Origin: an uncultured Nitrosomonadaceae bacterium
GTDB lineage: Bacteria > Chloroflexota > Anaerolineae > Anaerolineales > UBA11858
Reading direction: 5' to 3'
Length of the DNA: 64,000 nt
Assembly (NCBI GenBank): GCA_964195965.1
Contig: CAXMRF010000003.1
Span: 121 to 64,120 of the forward strand
This document shows, in pieces, positions 56,101 to 64,000 of this stretch. The notes under the pieces were generated by a model, which did not search any database, had not been told where the DNA came from, and saw only the letters and a program-made list of their open reading frames with translations. Within the stretch, counting starts at the first letter, position 1. The number at the start of each line of letters is the position of its first letter. A program made the position numbers and the translations under genes.

Positions 56101-57441
56101 GTTTTTAGCCGGGTGATTGCAGAACATGTGGTGGATGATGAAACTGGGGAAATCCTGGTAGAAAAAAACACCCTGGCTTCCCGGGAAATCGCTCGCATGA
56201 TCCAGAAATCCAATGTAGAAAGTGTGCGGGTATTTTCACCGCTAACCTGTGAATCGGAATTTGGTTTATGCGCTAAGTGCTACGGTCTTGACCTTGGTCG
56301 AGGTCAACCAGTGGAGAAAGGCGCAACAGTGGGTATTGTTGCTGCCCAGTCTATTGGTGAGCCAGGCACTCAGCTTACATTGAGGACTTTCCATACCGGT
56401 GGTGTTGCTGCTGCAAGTGATATCACGACAGGTTTGCCCAGGATTGAAGAGTTATTTGAGGCTCGAAAGGCACCCAAAGGTGAAGCTGTCCTGACTGAAA
56501 TAGCTGGTAATGTAAGCATTGAAAAATCCGATCGCTACAGTGATATGCGCGTGGTCCGGATTACTCACAGTGAAATGATCAGCGATGTTTATGCGTTAGA
56601 AAAACATTGGCGGAAACGTGTAAAAGACGAAGACAAGATTGAAGAAGGTGATGTTGTGGCCTCGCTGGATGCAGATAATAAACTAATAGCCAGGAATGGC
56701 GGCCGGGTTCGCATCGAGGGCAGAAGCATCATTGTTTCTTATGAAATCAATGAGGAAAAGTTTTACGAAATCCCCAGTAATGCCCGTTTGGCTGTAGTTG
56801 ATGGTGAGGTGGTTGAACCAGCCCAGCGATTAACTGAGGGTTCCTTGAATACGCATGACATTCTCCGGATCAGTGGGCGTGAAGCCTGCCAGCAGTATAT
56901 GATCACGGAAGTACAACGAGTATATCGTTCCCAGGGTCAGAATATCCATGACAAACACTTCGAAATTGTGATTGCCAAGATGATGTCACGGGTGAATGTG
57001 ACAGACTCCGGGGATTCGGAAACCCTGCCGCGGGAATTAGCCAGTCGAATGGGAGTAATTGCAGAAAATGAGCAGCTTCTTCAAGAAGGCAAACTCCCTC
57101 TTAAATATGACGATATCCTGTTGGGTATTACAAAAGCTTCCCTGAGTACAGACTCCTTCCTGTCAGCTGCTTCCTTCCAGCATACAATCAAGATCCTGAC
57201 CCAGGCTGCTGTTAACGGGGACGAAGATCCGCTATTTGGTCTGAAGGAAAATGTGATCATCGGTAAATTGATTCCAGCCGGGACAGGCTTTAGGGGAGGC
57301 CCGAGCGCACCTGAAGATGAACTTGCTGAAACAGAAGAAGCCGAAGCAGGTTCGGATGATGTTGATGCGAAAATTAAGCTTGATGAAATTGATGCGGATA
57401 CTGTTATCGAAGACCTTGAGGTAGAAATCTCTGAAGAATAA
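53134..57441 (+). CDS. rpoC: DNA-directed RNA polymerase subunit beta-prime
   Basis: 1435 aa. GTG start 7 nt after AGGAGG. Zn-binding CHCGKY...CDKCGV. The [12 protein letters not shown] catalytic motif is present. Confidence 0.97.
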   Translation: MKTKGLQKLRIGIASPEIIRSWSYGEVLEPETINYRRLRPEKDGLFCEAIFGPTRDYQCHCGKYKNIRYKGIVCDKCGVEVTRSAVRRERMGHIELAAPVAHLWFSRRIPSILGRLLDMSRRDLDRVLYFAQYIVTYVDEEGRTRGLEQLDTRFTSGEGEVGAEFTEGIKLKEIEREDRLAELDAKQDEIKTRFDEQIAADLEPVIKQGQRLEKTLQGSVDEAAKDDLIFPETKVVIVKKGTKISTAHIANIQDVVKQRLTDIEESLQEARDNELEHIKLDVARVRAETTQAISQLRDNLDLAIESAQSEYKRLRSELLDLQPLIFLGEAEYRELRSRWGQIFQAEMGAEAFYDILKRLDLDALSKDLWNEIRTTGSKQKRKKAIKRLKVVDSFQNTKNQPEWMILTVLPVIPPDLRPMVQLDGGRFATSDLNDLYRRVINRNNRLKRLLELGAPDVIVRNEKRMLQEAVDSLIDNSQRGKALSRRGRRELKSLSDMLKGKKGRFRRNLLGKRVDYSGRSVIVSGPKLEMSQCGLPKKMALELFRPFVISILEKRGFATNVKGAKRLIERNRPEVWEALEEAIKSRPVLLNRAPTLHRLGIQAFEPQLIEGSAIQLHPLVCPAFNADFDGDQMAVHVPLSQRAVTEARELMLSTKNLLKPANGEPIIAPSKDMVLGVFFLTREDERSYPGDGRIFSTMDEVELAYHLDQVKIPTKIKLLAETWYDGDGERMNAPEERVIDTTVGRAIFNLSLPYEVQFMNWALVKGDVKDLITEIYEYCDNDTTTRAADSIKNLGFEFATKSGYSIAVADLEIPPEKEEIVAEALQKVSVVERSFRRGLLTAQEQDDRVIDIWQKTTAVVGDAVKANMDPHGNMAVMALSGATKGGFGPVSQLAGMRGLMADPSGQIIPLPIRSSFREGLTALEYFISSHGARKGLADTALRTADAGYLTRRLVDVSQDAIINSEDCGTDTSILLLRADDIAGQTLQDRVFSRVIAEHVVDDETGEILVEKNTLASREIARMIQKSNVESVRVFSPLTCESEFGLCAKCYGLDLGRGQPVEKGATVGIVAAQSIGEPGTQLTLRTFHTGGVAAASDITTGLPRIEELFEARKAPKGEAVLTEIAGNVSIEKSDRYSDMRVVRITHSEMISDVYALEKHWRKRVKDEDKIEEGDVVASLDADNKLIARNGGRVRIEGRSIIVSYEINEEKFYEIPSNARLAVVDGEVVEPAQRLTEGSLNTHDILRISGREACQQYMITEVQRVYRSQGQNIHDKHFEIVIAKMMSRVNVTDSGDSETLPRELASRMGVIAENEQLLQEGKLPLKYDDILLGITKASLSTDSFLSAASFQHTIKILTQAAVNGDEDPLFGLKENVIIGKLIPAGTGFRGGPSAPEDELAETEEAEAGSDDVDAKIKLDEIDADTVIEDLEVEISEE

Positions 57442-57463
57442 AACAAAATCCCTTGTTATTTAG

Positions 57464-57509
57464 AATCAGGAAACGGTTAGCTGGATGAAACCGTTTCCTG
57501 ATTTTTTTA
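57464..57509 (+). terminator. intrinsic terminator after rpoC
   Basis: 15-bp perfect stem aatcaggaaacggtt (57464-57478) / aaccgtttcctgatt (57489-57503), followed by tttttt. Confidence 0.9.
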
Positions 57510-57551
57510 TATACCCCATCGGAGTAAGTTGAAAGAGTGCAGCTCTTTTCG

Positions 57552-57560
57552 TGTTATAAT
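57552..57560 (+). promoter_or_regulatory. extended -10 promoter element TGtTATAAT upstream of gyrA
   Basis: TG at 57552-57553 and TATAAT at 57555-57560. TTGAAA at 57529-57534 is 20 nt away, so it is probably not a functional -35. Confidence 0.45.
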
Positions 57561-57605
57561 GCTCATCGGTTAAAATCCCTTAATAGTCTAAATGTGGAAA
57601 AAATT

Positions 57606-57651
57606 ACGGAATACGAAATGTGAAGAACTAGACGCAATCATCGTATTCCGT
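57606..57651 (+). promoter_or_regulatory. stem-loop in the gyrA 5' leader
   Basis: acggaatacga (57606-57616) / tcgtattccgt (57641-57651), an 11-bp perfect stem with a 24-nt loop. It ends 13 nt before the GGAGG RBS. Confidence 0.45.
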
Positions 57652-57674
57652 GTTGTGTTGTAGTTGGAGGAAAT

Positions 57675-60122
57675 ATGGATATAGGATTGGTCCGATCGAT
57701 AGATATTGATGATGAAATGCAGCAAGCATATCTGGATTATGCCATGAGCGTAATAATTTCTCGGGCGCTTCCAGATGCAAGGGATGGACTAAAACCCGTC
57801 CATCGCAGGATCCTGTACGCCATGCATGACATGAACATGGGCCCCGATGCTGTTTATAAGAAATCTGCCCGAATTGTGGGAGAGGTATTGGGTAAATATC
57901 ACCCTCACGGCGATATGGCTGTGTATGAATCTATGGCCAGGATGGCCCAGGATTTTTCCATGCGTTATCCGCTGGTAGATGGACAGGGTAACTATGGCTC
58001 GATCGATGGCGACTCACCGGCAGCGATGAGGTATACAGAAGCCCGGATGGCTTCTCCGGCCACTTTGATGTTGAATGATCTCGAGAAAAGCACAGTTGAG
58101 TTCCGGGATAATTTTGACGGTACCTTGAAGGAACCCAGCGTGCTGCCAGGATCTTTCCCAAATTTACTGGTGAATGGCGTTACGGGTATCGCGGTGGGTA
58201 TGTCCACCAGTATTCCTCCCCACAACCTGGGAGAGATTGTGGATGCGCTGGAATTTATGTTGAATAATTGGAAATCCATAGACAAGATCACCGTAGAGGA
58301 ACTAACCCAATTTATTCAAGGGCCTGACTTCCCAACAGGTGGTGTGATCATAGAGGACCAAAGACGCAGTGGATTGAAAAGCGCTTATGGATCCGGTCGA
58401 GGAAAAGTTCGTGTCCGGGCAAAAGCTATTGTTGAAGAAATGTCACGGGGACGGAATCGGATTGTGGTTACTGAAATTCCCTATATGACCAAGAAGGTCA
58501 CAGTTTTGGAGAGAATTGCCAAACTGGTCCGAGATGAAGAATTGGATGGTGTTGCTGACTTAAGAGACGAATCCGATCGACAGGGTATGCGCATCGTTAT
58601 TGAATTGACGAAATCAGCTCAACCGGAAGAAGTATTAGAGACCCTTTTCAAGCGCACTACTTTAGAAAATACTTTTAGCATTATTATTTTGGCGTTGGTG
58701 AACGAGGAGCCTAAACTCCTTAACCTGAAAGGCGCCTTGCTGGTTTACCTGGAACACAGGCTGGATATTATTAAACGCAGAAGCCAGCATGATTTAAAGA
58801 AAGCCCAAGCCCGGGAACATTTCTTAACCGGGTTAACAATTGCGCTGGATAACCTGGATGCTGTAATTGACTTAATTAGGAAATCTCGCTCCGCTCAAAC
58901 GGCAAAAAATAACTTGATGCGAGAATTATCTCTGACGGAAATTCAAGCTCAGGCTATTCTTGATATGCCCCTTCGCCGCCTTGCTGGATTAGAACGCAAG
59001 AAGATTGAAGATGAATTTAAACAAATCCAGAAGAAAATTAAAGAACTCAGAGCTCTGCTGAAATCACCCAAAAAGATGCGGGAAGTAGTTGCTTTAGCTC
59101 TTCAAGAAATTAAAGAGGAATTTAATGATGCCCGCAGGACCCAGATCGCCATGGTGGAAGGTGGTTTGGAGGCAGCTCCCATGCAGCTTACCCAGCTCAC
59201 TCCATCTGAAAAAGTTTGGGTGATGATAAATCGGGATGGATTGGTGTCCCGCACTCCAGCGGATGATCCTCCTCGGCCAAGTGGATGGGATGTGCCTAAT
59301 TGGCTGGTGAGAGTGAATACACGTGATACGCTTTTTCTTGTCTCCGAAACTGGCGAGACTGCTGCTATTCCTGCTCACACAGTGCCAGAAACGCCCAAGC
59401 CCAGCCAGGGGACCCACTTATCTAAATTAACCCCCTTTAATAATGAAGTCAAATTAAGTTCAGTATTTGGACTGCCGCCAAAAGAAAACCGTGATGAAAA
59501 GTGGCATGTCGTTACAATAACCGAACAAAGTATGTTAAAGAAAAGTGAAATCAGTGAATTGCCCGGACCATCCGCTCAACTTTTTACCCTGGTCAAAGTG
59601 AATGACAAAGACAAATTGATTTCTGTCCGTCTAAGTGATGGTACCAAGGATATATTCCTGGCAACAAACCAGGGGATGGCGATTCGATTTAAAGAAGGGG
59701 ATATCCGTCCAATGGGTTTGCTGGCTGCCGGCGTTAATGGTATGAAATTGATGGAAGGAGATCGAATTATAGGTATGGAAACTCTTCCCAAAAAAGGGGA
59801 GCTATATTTTTTGACAGCATCAGGCAGAGCAAAACGGGTTAACCCGGAAGATTTCCCCTTGCAAGGCAGATATGGAAAAGGGGTTATAGCCTGGAAATTC
59901 CCGGAAGGAGATTCTCTGGCAGGCATGACAATTGGCAAAGGTACCATGCGGGTAACTGTGCATTTGGAAAAATTTGCGCCCAAATCTACCCGGTTGGATG
60001 ATGCTCCTTTGCAAACCAGGGTCGCTCAAAAGGGTAGAGAAGTTGTGGAGATGCGTGAAGACGATCAGGTAACTCTATTAACCATCCCCTGGGAAATGGT
60101 ACGTCCGGTATCTGAAGATTAA
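57675..60122 (+). CDS. gyrA: DNA gyrase subunit A
   Basis: 815 aa. [20 protein letters not shown]. Active-site [11 protein letters not shown]-terminal beta-pinwheel repeats. Confidence 0.97.
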   Translation: MDIGLVRSIDIDDEMQQAYLDYAMSVIISRALPDARDGLKPVHRRILYAMHDMNMGPDAVYKKSARIVGEVLGKYHPHGDMAVYESMARMAQDFSMRYPLVDGQGNYGSIDGDSPAAMRYTEARMASPATLMLNDLEKSTVEFRDNFDGTLKEPSVLPGSFPNLLVNGVTGIAVGMSTSIPPHNLGEIVDALEFMLNNWKSIDKITVEELTQFIQGPDFPTGGVIIEDQRRSGLKSAYGSGRGKVRVRAKAIVEEMSRGRNRIVVTEIPYMTKKVTVLERIAKLVRDEELDGVADLRDESDRQGMRIVIELTKSAQPEEVLETLFKRTTLENTFSIIILALVNEEPKLLNLKGALLVYLEHRLDIIKRRSQHDLKKAQAREHFLTGLTIALDNLDAVIDLIRKSRSAQTAKNNLMRELSLTEIQAQAILDMPLRRLAGLERKKIEDEFKQIQKKIKELRALLKSPKKMREVVALALQEIKEEFNDARRTQIAMVEGGLEAAPMQLTQLTPSEKVWVMINRDGLVSRTPADDPPRPSGWDVPNWLVRVNTRDTLFLVSETGETAAIPAHTVPETPKPSQGTHLSKLTPFNNEVKLSSVFGLPPKENRDEKWHVVTITEQSMLKKSEISELPGPSAQLFTLVKVNDKDKLISVRLSDGTKDIFLATNQGMAIRFKEGDIRPMGLLAAGVNGMKLMEGDRIIGMETLPKKGELYFLTASGRAKRVNPEDFPLQGRYGKGVIAWKFPEGDSLAGMTIGKGTMRVTVHLEKFAPKSTRLDDAPLQTRVAQKGREVVEMREDDQVTLLTIPWEMVRPVSED

Positions 60123-60142
60123 TCCAGGGTACTAAACCGGGC

Positions 60143-61240
60143 TTATTTATTGACTGTAAATTCAGAGAAATGATAGGCAATTTTGCCGTCGATCAGGCCT
60201 ATTGTGTCACTGCCGTTTTGCACATTACCTATAGCTGAACTTGCAGTCCAATTAATTTGCCTGGTGTTGCCCGTGCCGCTGAAACCTGCCAGGGTGAAGG
60301 TTGCATTAGGTAGAAGCTGTGAGAACATAGTGCTAAACCAGCTCTTGATAGCCTCCTTGCCCTGGACAGTTCTTTCACTTGTTATATGGACCGCATCTTC
60401 TCGGTAGAGGGCCAGTAATTGATCCGTGCTGTGAGCATTAAGCGCATCAATGATTTCTTCTGCGACATCTTTGGGCGGTGTTGGTCCGTCATCCCATGCA
60501 AAATCCCGTATTGTACGATAATATTCTGCTGGCAAGTAATTATGTAGATTGCCCCATTCCCAGAAATTAAATCCAGGTAAGTTAAGTTCTTTTGCTTTTT
60601 GCATAAATTCTTTTACTTCACCGATTGTAGGCGTCCACCCAAATTCAGTAAAAGAAGCGCCTGTGGGGAAAATCGGCGGGGTATATTTCATGTTCTTAAA
60701 TTCTGCAATACACATTTTTAGCTGTGCGCCTGGATTATTAGCAAACATCCAGTATACCTGGGGCATGTTCAGGTCGCACTTCTTAAGGAACTCATTCCAG
60801 GGAAGTTGGGGATGCAGGGAAGGATACCGGTAAGAGCTTAGTGCGATAGGTATATCTTTAATAGATGCAGTTAGCTGGTCCATGAAAATGGTAGCAGAGT
60901 TGAATTTTCCCTTATAATGACCTTCTGCGTCCAATACATATCCATCCAGGCCTAATTGACGAGTGCGGCTGATAGCCTTTTGGGCTTCCAGTCCAGGCTG
61001 ATCTCCAAATAGATAATGCCAACCCCACACCTGGATACCCTCACTTTTAAGGGCAGCGCTCAATGGGGGAACCAGATCAATACTCTTTTCCCAATCGTAG
61101 TTATAGCTGTAAATTCCATTGGCGACTTTAATTAGCACGTGGGTGTAATTTGATTTGACGGCTTTCCTGGTTATTTCACTCACGCTGCCTTCATGGCATT
61201 TCTGGATTTGCCAGATGAACATTCCTTTTCCAGTTAACAT
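60143..61240 (-). CDS. putative TIM-barrel glycoside-hydrolase-like domain fused to a C-terminal NTF2/SnoaL-like domain
   Basis: 365 aa. The N-terminal ~250 aa (GMFIWQ...HVLIKVANG...VWGWHYLFG...GYVLDAE...PQVYW) resemble GH25/Rv2525c-like wall hydrolase folds; this is from memory only. The C-terminal ~110 aa (ALYREDAVHIT...GKEAIKSWF...IAYHFSEFTV) have an NTF2-like pattern. Confidence 0.4.
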   Translation of the reverse strand: MLTGKGMFIWQIQKCHEGSVSEITRKAVKSNYTHVLIKVANGIYSYNYDWEKSIDLVPPLSAALKSEGIQVWGWHYLFGDQPGLEAQKAISRTRQLGLDGYVLDAEGHYKGKFNSATIFMDQLTASIKDIPIALSSYRYPSLHPQLPWNEFLKKCDLNMPQVYWMFANNPGAQLKMCIAEFKNMKYTPPIFPTGASFTEFGWTPTIGEVKEFMQKAKELNLPGFNFWEWGNLHNYLPAEYYRTIRDFAWDDGPTPPKDVAEEIIDALNAHSTDQLLALYREDAVHITSERTVQGKEAIKSWFSTMFSQLLPNATFTLAGFSGTGNTRQINWTASSAIGNVQNGSDTIGLIDGKIAYHFSEFTVNK

Positions 61241-61342
61241 AATACGTCCTCACTCATCGTAATTTTGTTATCATCCAAATAATGATGATTATTTTGAAGT
61301 CTATGCAATTTCATGCTCCTAAACAGTATCCCACGGAGTGGT

Positions 61343-62431
61343 TCAAGGGGTGTTGAGGGCGTGGTTTAGTATATTCCGAATAATCTGAAAGTTAGGCAGC
61401 AATACCTGGGCGCCAGTAGGTGTAACCCAGTCGGTTACCGAGTCCTGGTTGATAAAATATTGAGTAATCCGGGATTTATCAGTCAATTTGGTTGCTGTTG
61501 GAATCAGGGAGAGGATAGTTGGTAGGTCCAGGTTTGTGGTCACATTATTCACATAGGTGTTATAAAGTTGAGGAATCCTCTCCAGAGTACCCAACGAGAA
61601 AAACCGATCCAGCATGGAGTTTAAAACTAGCTGACCTCGAAAACCGCGATCAAAATCATTGGTTGTGACCCGTGAACGCACATACCAGAGCGCTTCTTTG
61701 CCGTAAAAATGTTGGTTCCCTGGGTAGGTACAATGAGATAATCCATGACCCCATTTATCATCGCAGAGAGTTCGGGGAACATTCACGTAAACACCCCCCA
61801 GATCATTGACAATATATTCAAAAGCCCAGAGATTAATCAACATGTAATAATCTGGCTTAAATCCGAAATTATGCATCAAAGTGTCTTGCATGAGCTGAAA
61901 ACCGCCATGCGCAAAAGCCGTATTGATGCGCTGATCAGTCCATCTGGGAATGTATATATACAGATCCCTTGGAAAAGAAGTGACAGTTATGGTGTCTTCT
62001 TCAGTGTTTATTGTCAGTAGAATGATAGAATCGGTTCGGCCTATAGATCCTTTAAATTTTTGATCTGATCCCAGTAATAAAATTGTAATTTGATGATCAG
62101 GCAGAACGATAGGATCAACCCCATTGGTATTGCTAACCGGTCTTATCTTTTGAGGTTTGGGTGTTATGGTTGGGGTTGGGGTAGGATATGCTGTGGGGAA
62201 ATAGGTAGGTGTAGAAGCAAGTGGCTGGAAGGCGGTAGCAGTTGGCGAAGATCCAAAGGGTATATCATTGATTGCAACCCGAGTTGTTTGCCCTGAAGAA
62301 AAGGGTAATCTCCCGCTGAGCTGTAATCCAAGAAAAACCAGACCCATCAGGACAAAACCAATGATAAATATTAAATAGTTTTTATTTTTGAACATTTTGG
62401 GTAATTTCCAATACTGATAACTATCCAGCAA
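61343..62431 (-). CDS. LytR-CpsA-Psr (LCP) family glycopolymer-to-cell-wall ligase
   Basis: 362 aa. N-terminal TM anchor and a P/T-rich linker. ILLLGSDQK...GRTDSIILLTIN...SFPRDLYIYIP...RINTAF. Confidence 0.85.
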   Translation of the reverse strand: MLDSYQYWKLPKMFKNKNYLIFIIGFVLMGLVFLGLQLSGRLPFSSGQTTRVAINDIPFGSSPTATAFQPLASTPTYFPTAYPTPTPTITPKPQKIRPVSNTNGVDPIVLPDHQITILLLGSDQKFKGSIGRTDSIILLTINTEEDTITVTSFPRDLYIYIPRWTDQRINTAFAHGGFQLMQDTLMHNFGFKPDYYMLINLWAFEYIVNDLGGVYVNVPRTLCDDKWGHGLSHCTYPGNQHFYGKEALWYVRSRVTTNDFDRGFRGQLVLNSMLDRFFSLGTLERIPQLYNTYVNNVTTNLDLPTILSLIPTATKLTDKSRITQYFINQDSVTDWVTPTGAQVLLPNFQIIRNILNHALNTP

Positions 62432-62597
62432 TTTTCAGGGAATAAATTTCTCCGCTTTAACCCCTGAGTGGACCATTTATTTGGAAAAATTAATTTGGCC
62501 ACTCCCTTCGGACAGGAGGAACGGGTTCTAGCCCGATCCATCTAACGATGTAGGTAGCAAGAACCGTACCAATTATGTCATTTCCTCAATGGATTTC

Positions 62598-63752
62598 CTA
62601 GAGAAATGCTAATAGCAAACTTACTGTAGTTCCTTCCCCTGGTTTACTTTCCACCCACATTCGTCCCCCTTCATTTTCAACCAGATTTTTTGTGACAAAT
62701 AGATTTGTCATGACCTGGCTTAATTTGCCCTGTTGTTCTTTTGTTAGATGTTCATTTAACACCGCTGCAATTTCGTCCGGGAAATATCCTTGCCCCTGGT
62801 CACTAATCTTGATGTGTGCAAAGTGCTGGGTTTTGTCTTCTTCATAGAGCTGGGTCTGGATGATGACTTCTCCTCCAATATCGTTCTCCAAAATAGCGTT
62901 GGCGACCAAGAAAGAAAAGATTTCCTGGAATAAGGCATGGTTCATTTCCAGAAGGGGAATATCATCGGGTAACTCCACTTTCGTGAGGAGTTTCTTTTCC
63001 TCGATTTCTGATTTTGCATTTTCCAGGCAAGAGTTTATGGCCTCTTGTAACTCCGCCGGACGGATGCTGTCGGGGTCTGGATCAGCGGTTTTTACACTCG
63101 CTGTTTGTGGAGGAATGATTTTCTCTACCACTACTGGAGGTGGTTTATGATCTTTGATATCTTGAATTTCTTTGTCAATAACAGAAATATATTTTCTAAG
63201 CGCTTCTGTGGATTCTTTCTCGGATAAATCTATCAGCATGGCCAGATGGCGTTGAAGAGAATTGCCCCAGGTCATTAACTGGTTATGTTTTGCTTCTAAT
63301 GCGTCCTGATCCAGAAGAAGATTCTGGTGGTTCCTGGACAAGACAGCCATTTCCTCTTTAAGCCCCTGTTTGTCCTGGGCTAATTGGGTTAACTTGGAGG
63401 ATAATTCCCGAATGGTCTTTTTAACGTTTTCGGATTCGCTATCCTGAGACACAAGATGGTGGCTGAAGGCAGCTTCGAATAATTTACAGAGAATCTTGAT
63501 GTAGTCCTGATCTTCTTTCGTCCAGGGTCGGTTTGAGAAAGGTGAAAATAAGACAACGCCTATGGTCTTGTTAGCGCCTGCGATATGAACTGGTGCTGCC
63601 AGCAGGTGACCAGGTTTGCTTAATTGAAGCATATTGGCAAGGTGGGATAAATCCCGGGAGGTGCTGCTGGCTGGAATATGAAGCATCTTTCCCCGTTGGA
63701 TATAATTTGAAAGAAGAGGGATGCTTTTACTGTCCAGGGTAATCGCTTGCAT
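62598..63752 (-). CDS. GAF (truncated) - coiled coil - HATPase_c protein, 5' end cut by the terminal palindrome
   Basis: 384-aa ORF. The N-terminus starts inside a GAF-like domain (LLAAPVHIAGANKTIGVVLFSPFSNRPWTKED). C-terminal ATPase G boxes (ISDQGQGY, GGRMWVESKPGEGTTVSL). I see no canonical H-box. A stop 7 codons upstream of the ATG is created by the mirrored sequence. Confidence 0.6.
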   Translation of the reverse strand: MQAITLDSKSIPLLSNYIQRGKMLHIPASSTSRDLSHLANMLQLSKPGHLLAAPVHIAGANKTIGVVLFSPFSNRPWTKEDQDYIKILCKLFEAAFSHHLVSQDSESENVKKTIRELSSKLTQLAQDKQGLKEEMAVLSRNHQNLLLDQDALEAKHNQLMTWGNSLQRHLAMLIDLSEKESTEALRKYISVIDKEIQDIKDHKPPPVVVEKIIPPQTASVKTADPDPDSIRPAELQEAINSCLENAKSEIEEKKLLTKVELPDDIPLLEMNHALFQEIFSFLVANAILENDIGGEVIIQTQLYEEDKTQHFAHIKISDQGQGYFPDEIAAVLNEHLTKEQQGKLSQVMTNLFVTKNLVENEGGRMWVESKPGEGTTVSLLLAFL

Positions 63753-64000
63753 AGGCTCTTCGCGAAGAGCCTATGCAAGCGATTACCCTGGACAGTAAAA
63801 GCATCCCTCTTCTTTCAAATTATATCCAACGGGGAAAGATGCTTCATATTCCAGCCAGCAGCACCTCCCGGGATTTATCCCACCTTGCCAATATGCTTCA
63901 ATTAAGCAAACCTGGTCACCTGCTGGCAGCACCAGTTCATATCGCAGGCGCTAACAAGACCATAGGCGTTGTCTTATTTTCACCTTTCTCAAACCGACCC
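63525..64000. repeat. perfect zero-spacer palindrome (238-bp arms) running to the window edge
   Basis: 63763-64000 is the exact reverse complement of 63525-63762, with the symmetry centre between 63762 and 63763 (ataggctcttcg|cgaagagcctat). The + strand from 63773 re-encodes MQAITLDSKSIPLL..., the mirror image of the minus-strand ORF. Confidence 0.95.

Noticed and set aside
57081-57446. 121-aa minus-strand Ser-rich ORF
   Set aside because: It is antisense to the acidic C-terminal tail of rpoC (GAA/GAT-rich DNA gives an open Ser/Ile-rich frame).

Overview
This 64-kb window is chromosomal, densely coded, and mostly housekeeping and cell-envelope genes. I found no transposase, integrase, prophage, rRNA or CRISPR array. 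The gene content suggests a Chloroflexota (Anaerolineae-like) genome; this is inference. It rests on Chlor_Arch_YYY/DUF2298 giant membrane proteins, a mevalonate pathway with isopentenyl phosphate kinase, a Zn-ribbon-extended TopA and an LCP ligase. Recognisable core genes are rpsT, argS, hutI, surE, three tRNAs (Arg, Ser, Ser), ffh, rpsP, a KH-protein gene, rimM, dprA, topA, greA, dgt, lepA, cmk, plsC, rpoC and gyrA. The most interesting part is envelope-related. An operon at 24.7-28.7 kb (minus strand) encodes mevalonate kinase, isopentenyl phosphate kinase and two UbiA-type prenyltransferases. One of these resembles decaprenyl-phosphate phosphoribosyltransferase. About 4 kb further on lies a roughly 15-kb co-directional block (32.6-47.8 kb). 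It encodes a flippase-like protein, an SDR epimerase, a GT4, a methyltransferase and four huge polytopic GT-C-like proteins. Two of those carry the YYYxG signature of an uncharacterised Chloroflexi/Archaea family. Other oddities: a membrane-anchored TIR / FGE-sulfatase-fold receptor-like protein; ribosomal protein S16 fused through a (PE)n repeat to a peripheral-subunit-binding domain; an orphan DNA methyltransferase; a response regulator lacking the acidic pocket; a tRNA-Arg read as anticodon GCG; and rpoC and gyrA standing without rpoB and gyrB. The last ~476 bp form a perfect zero-spacer palindrome that truncates a gene, most likely an assembly or amplification fold-back. All calls come from reading the sequence and ORF translations by eye. 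No database search was run.
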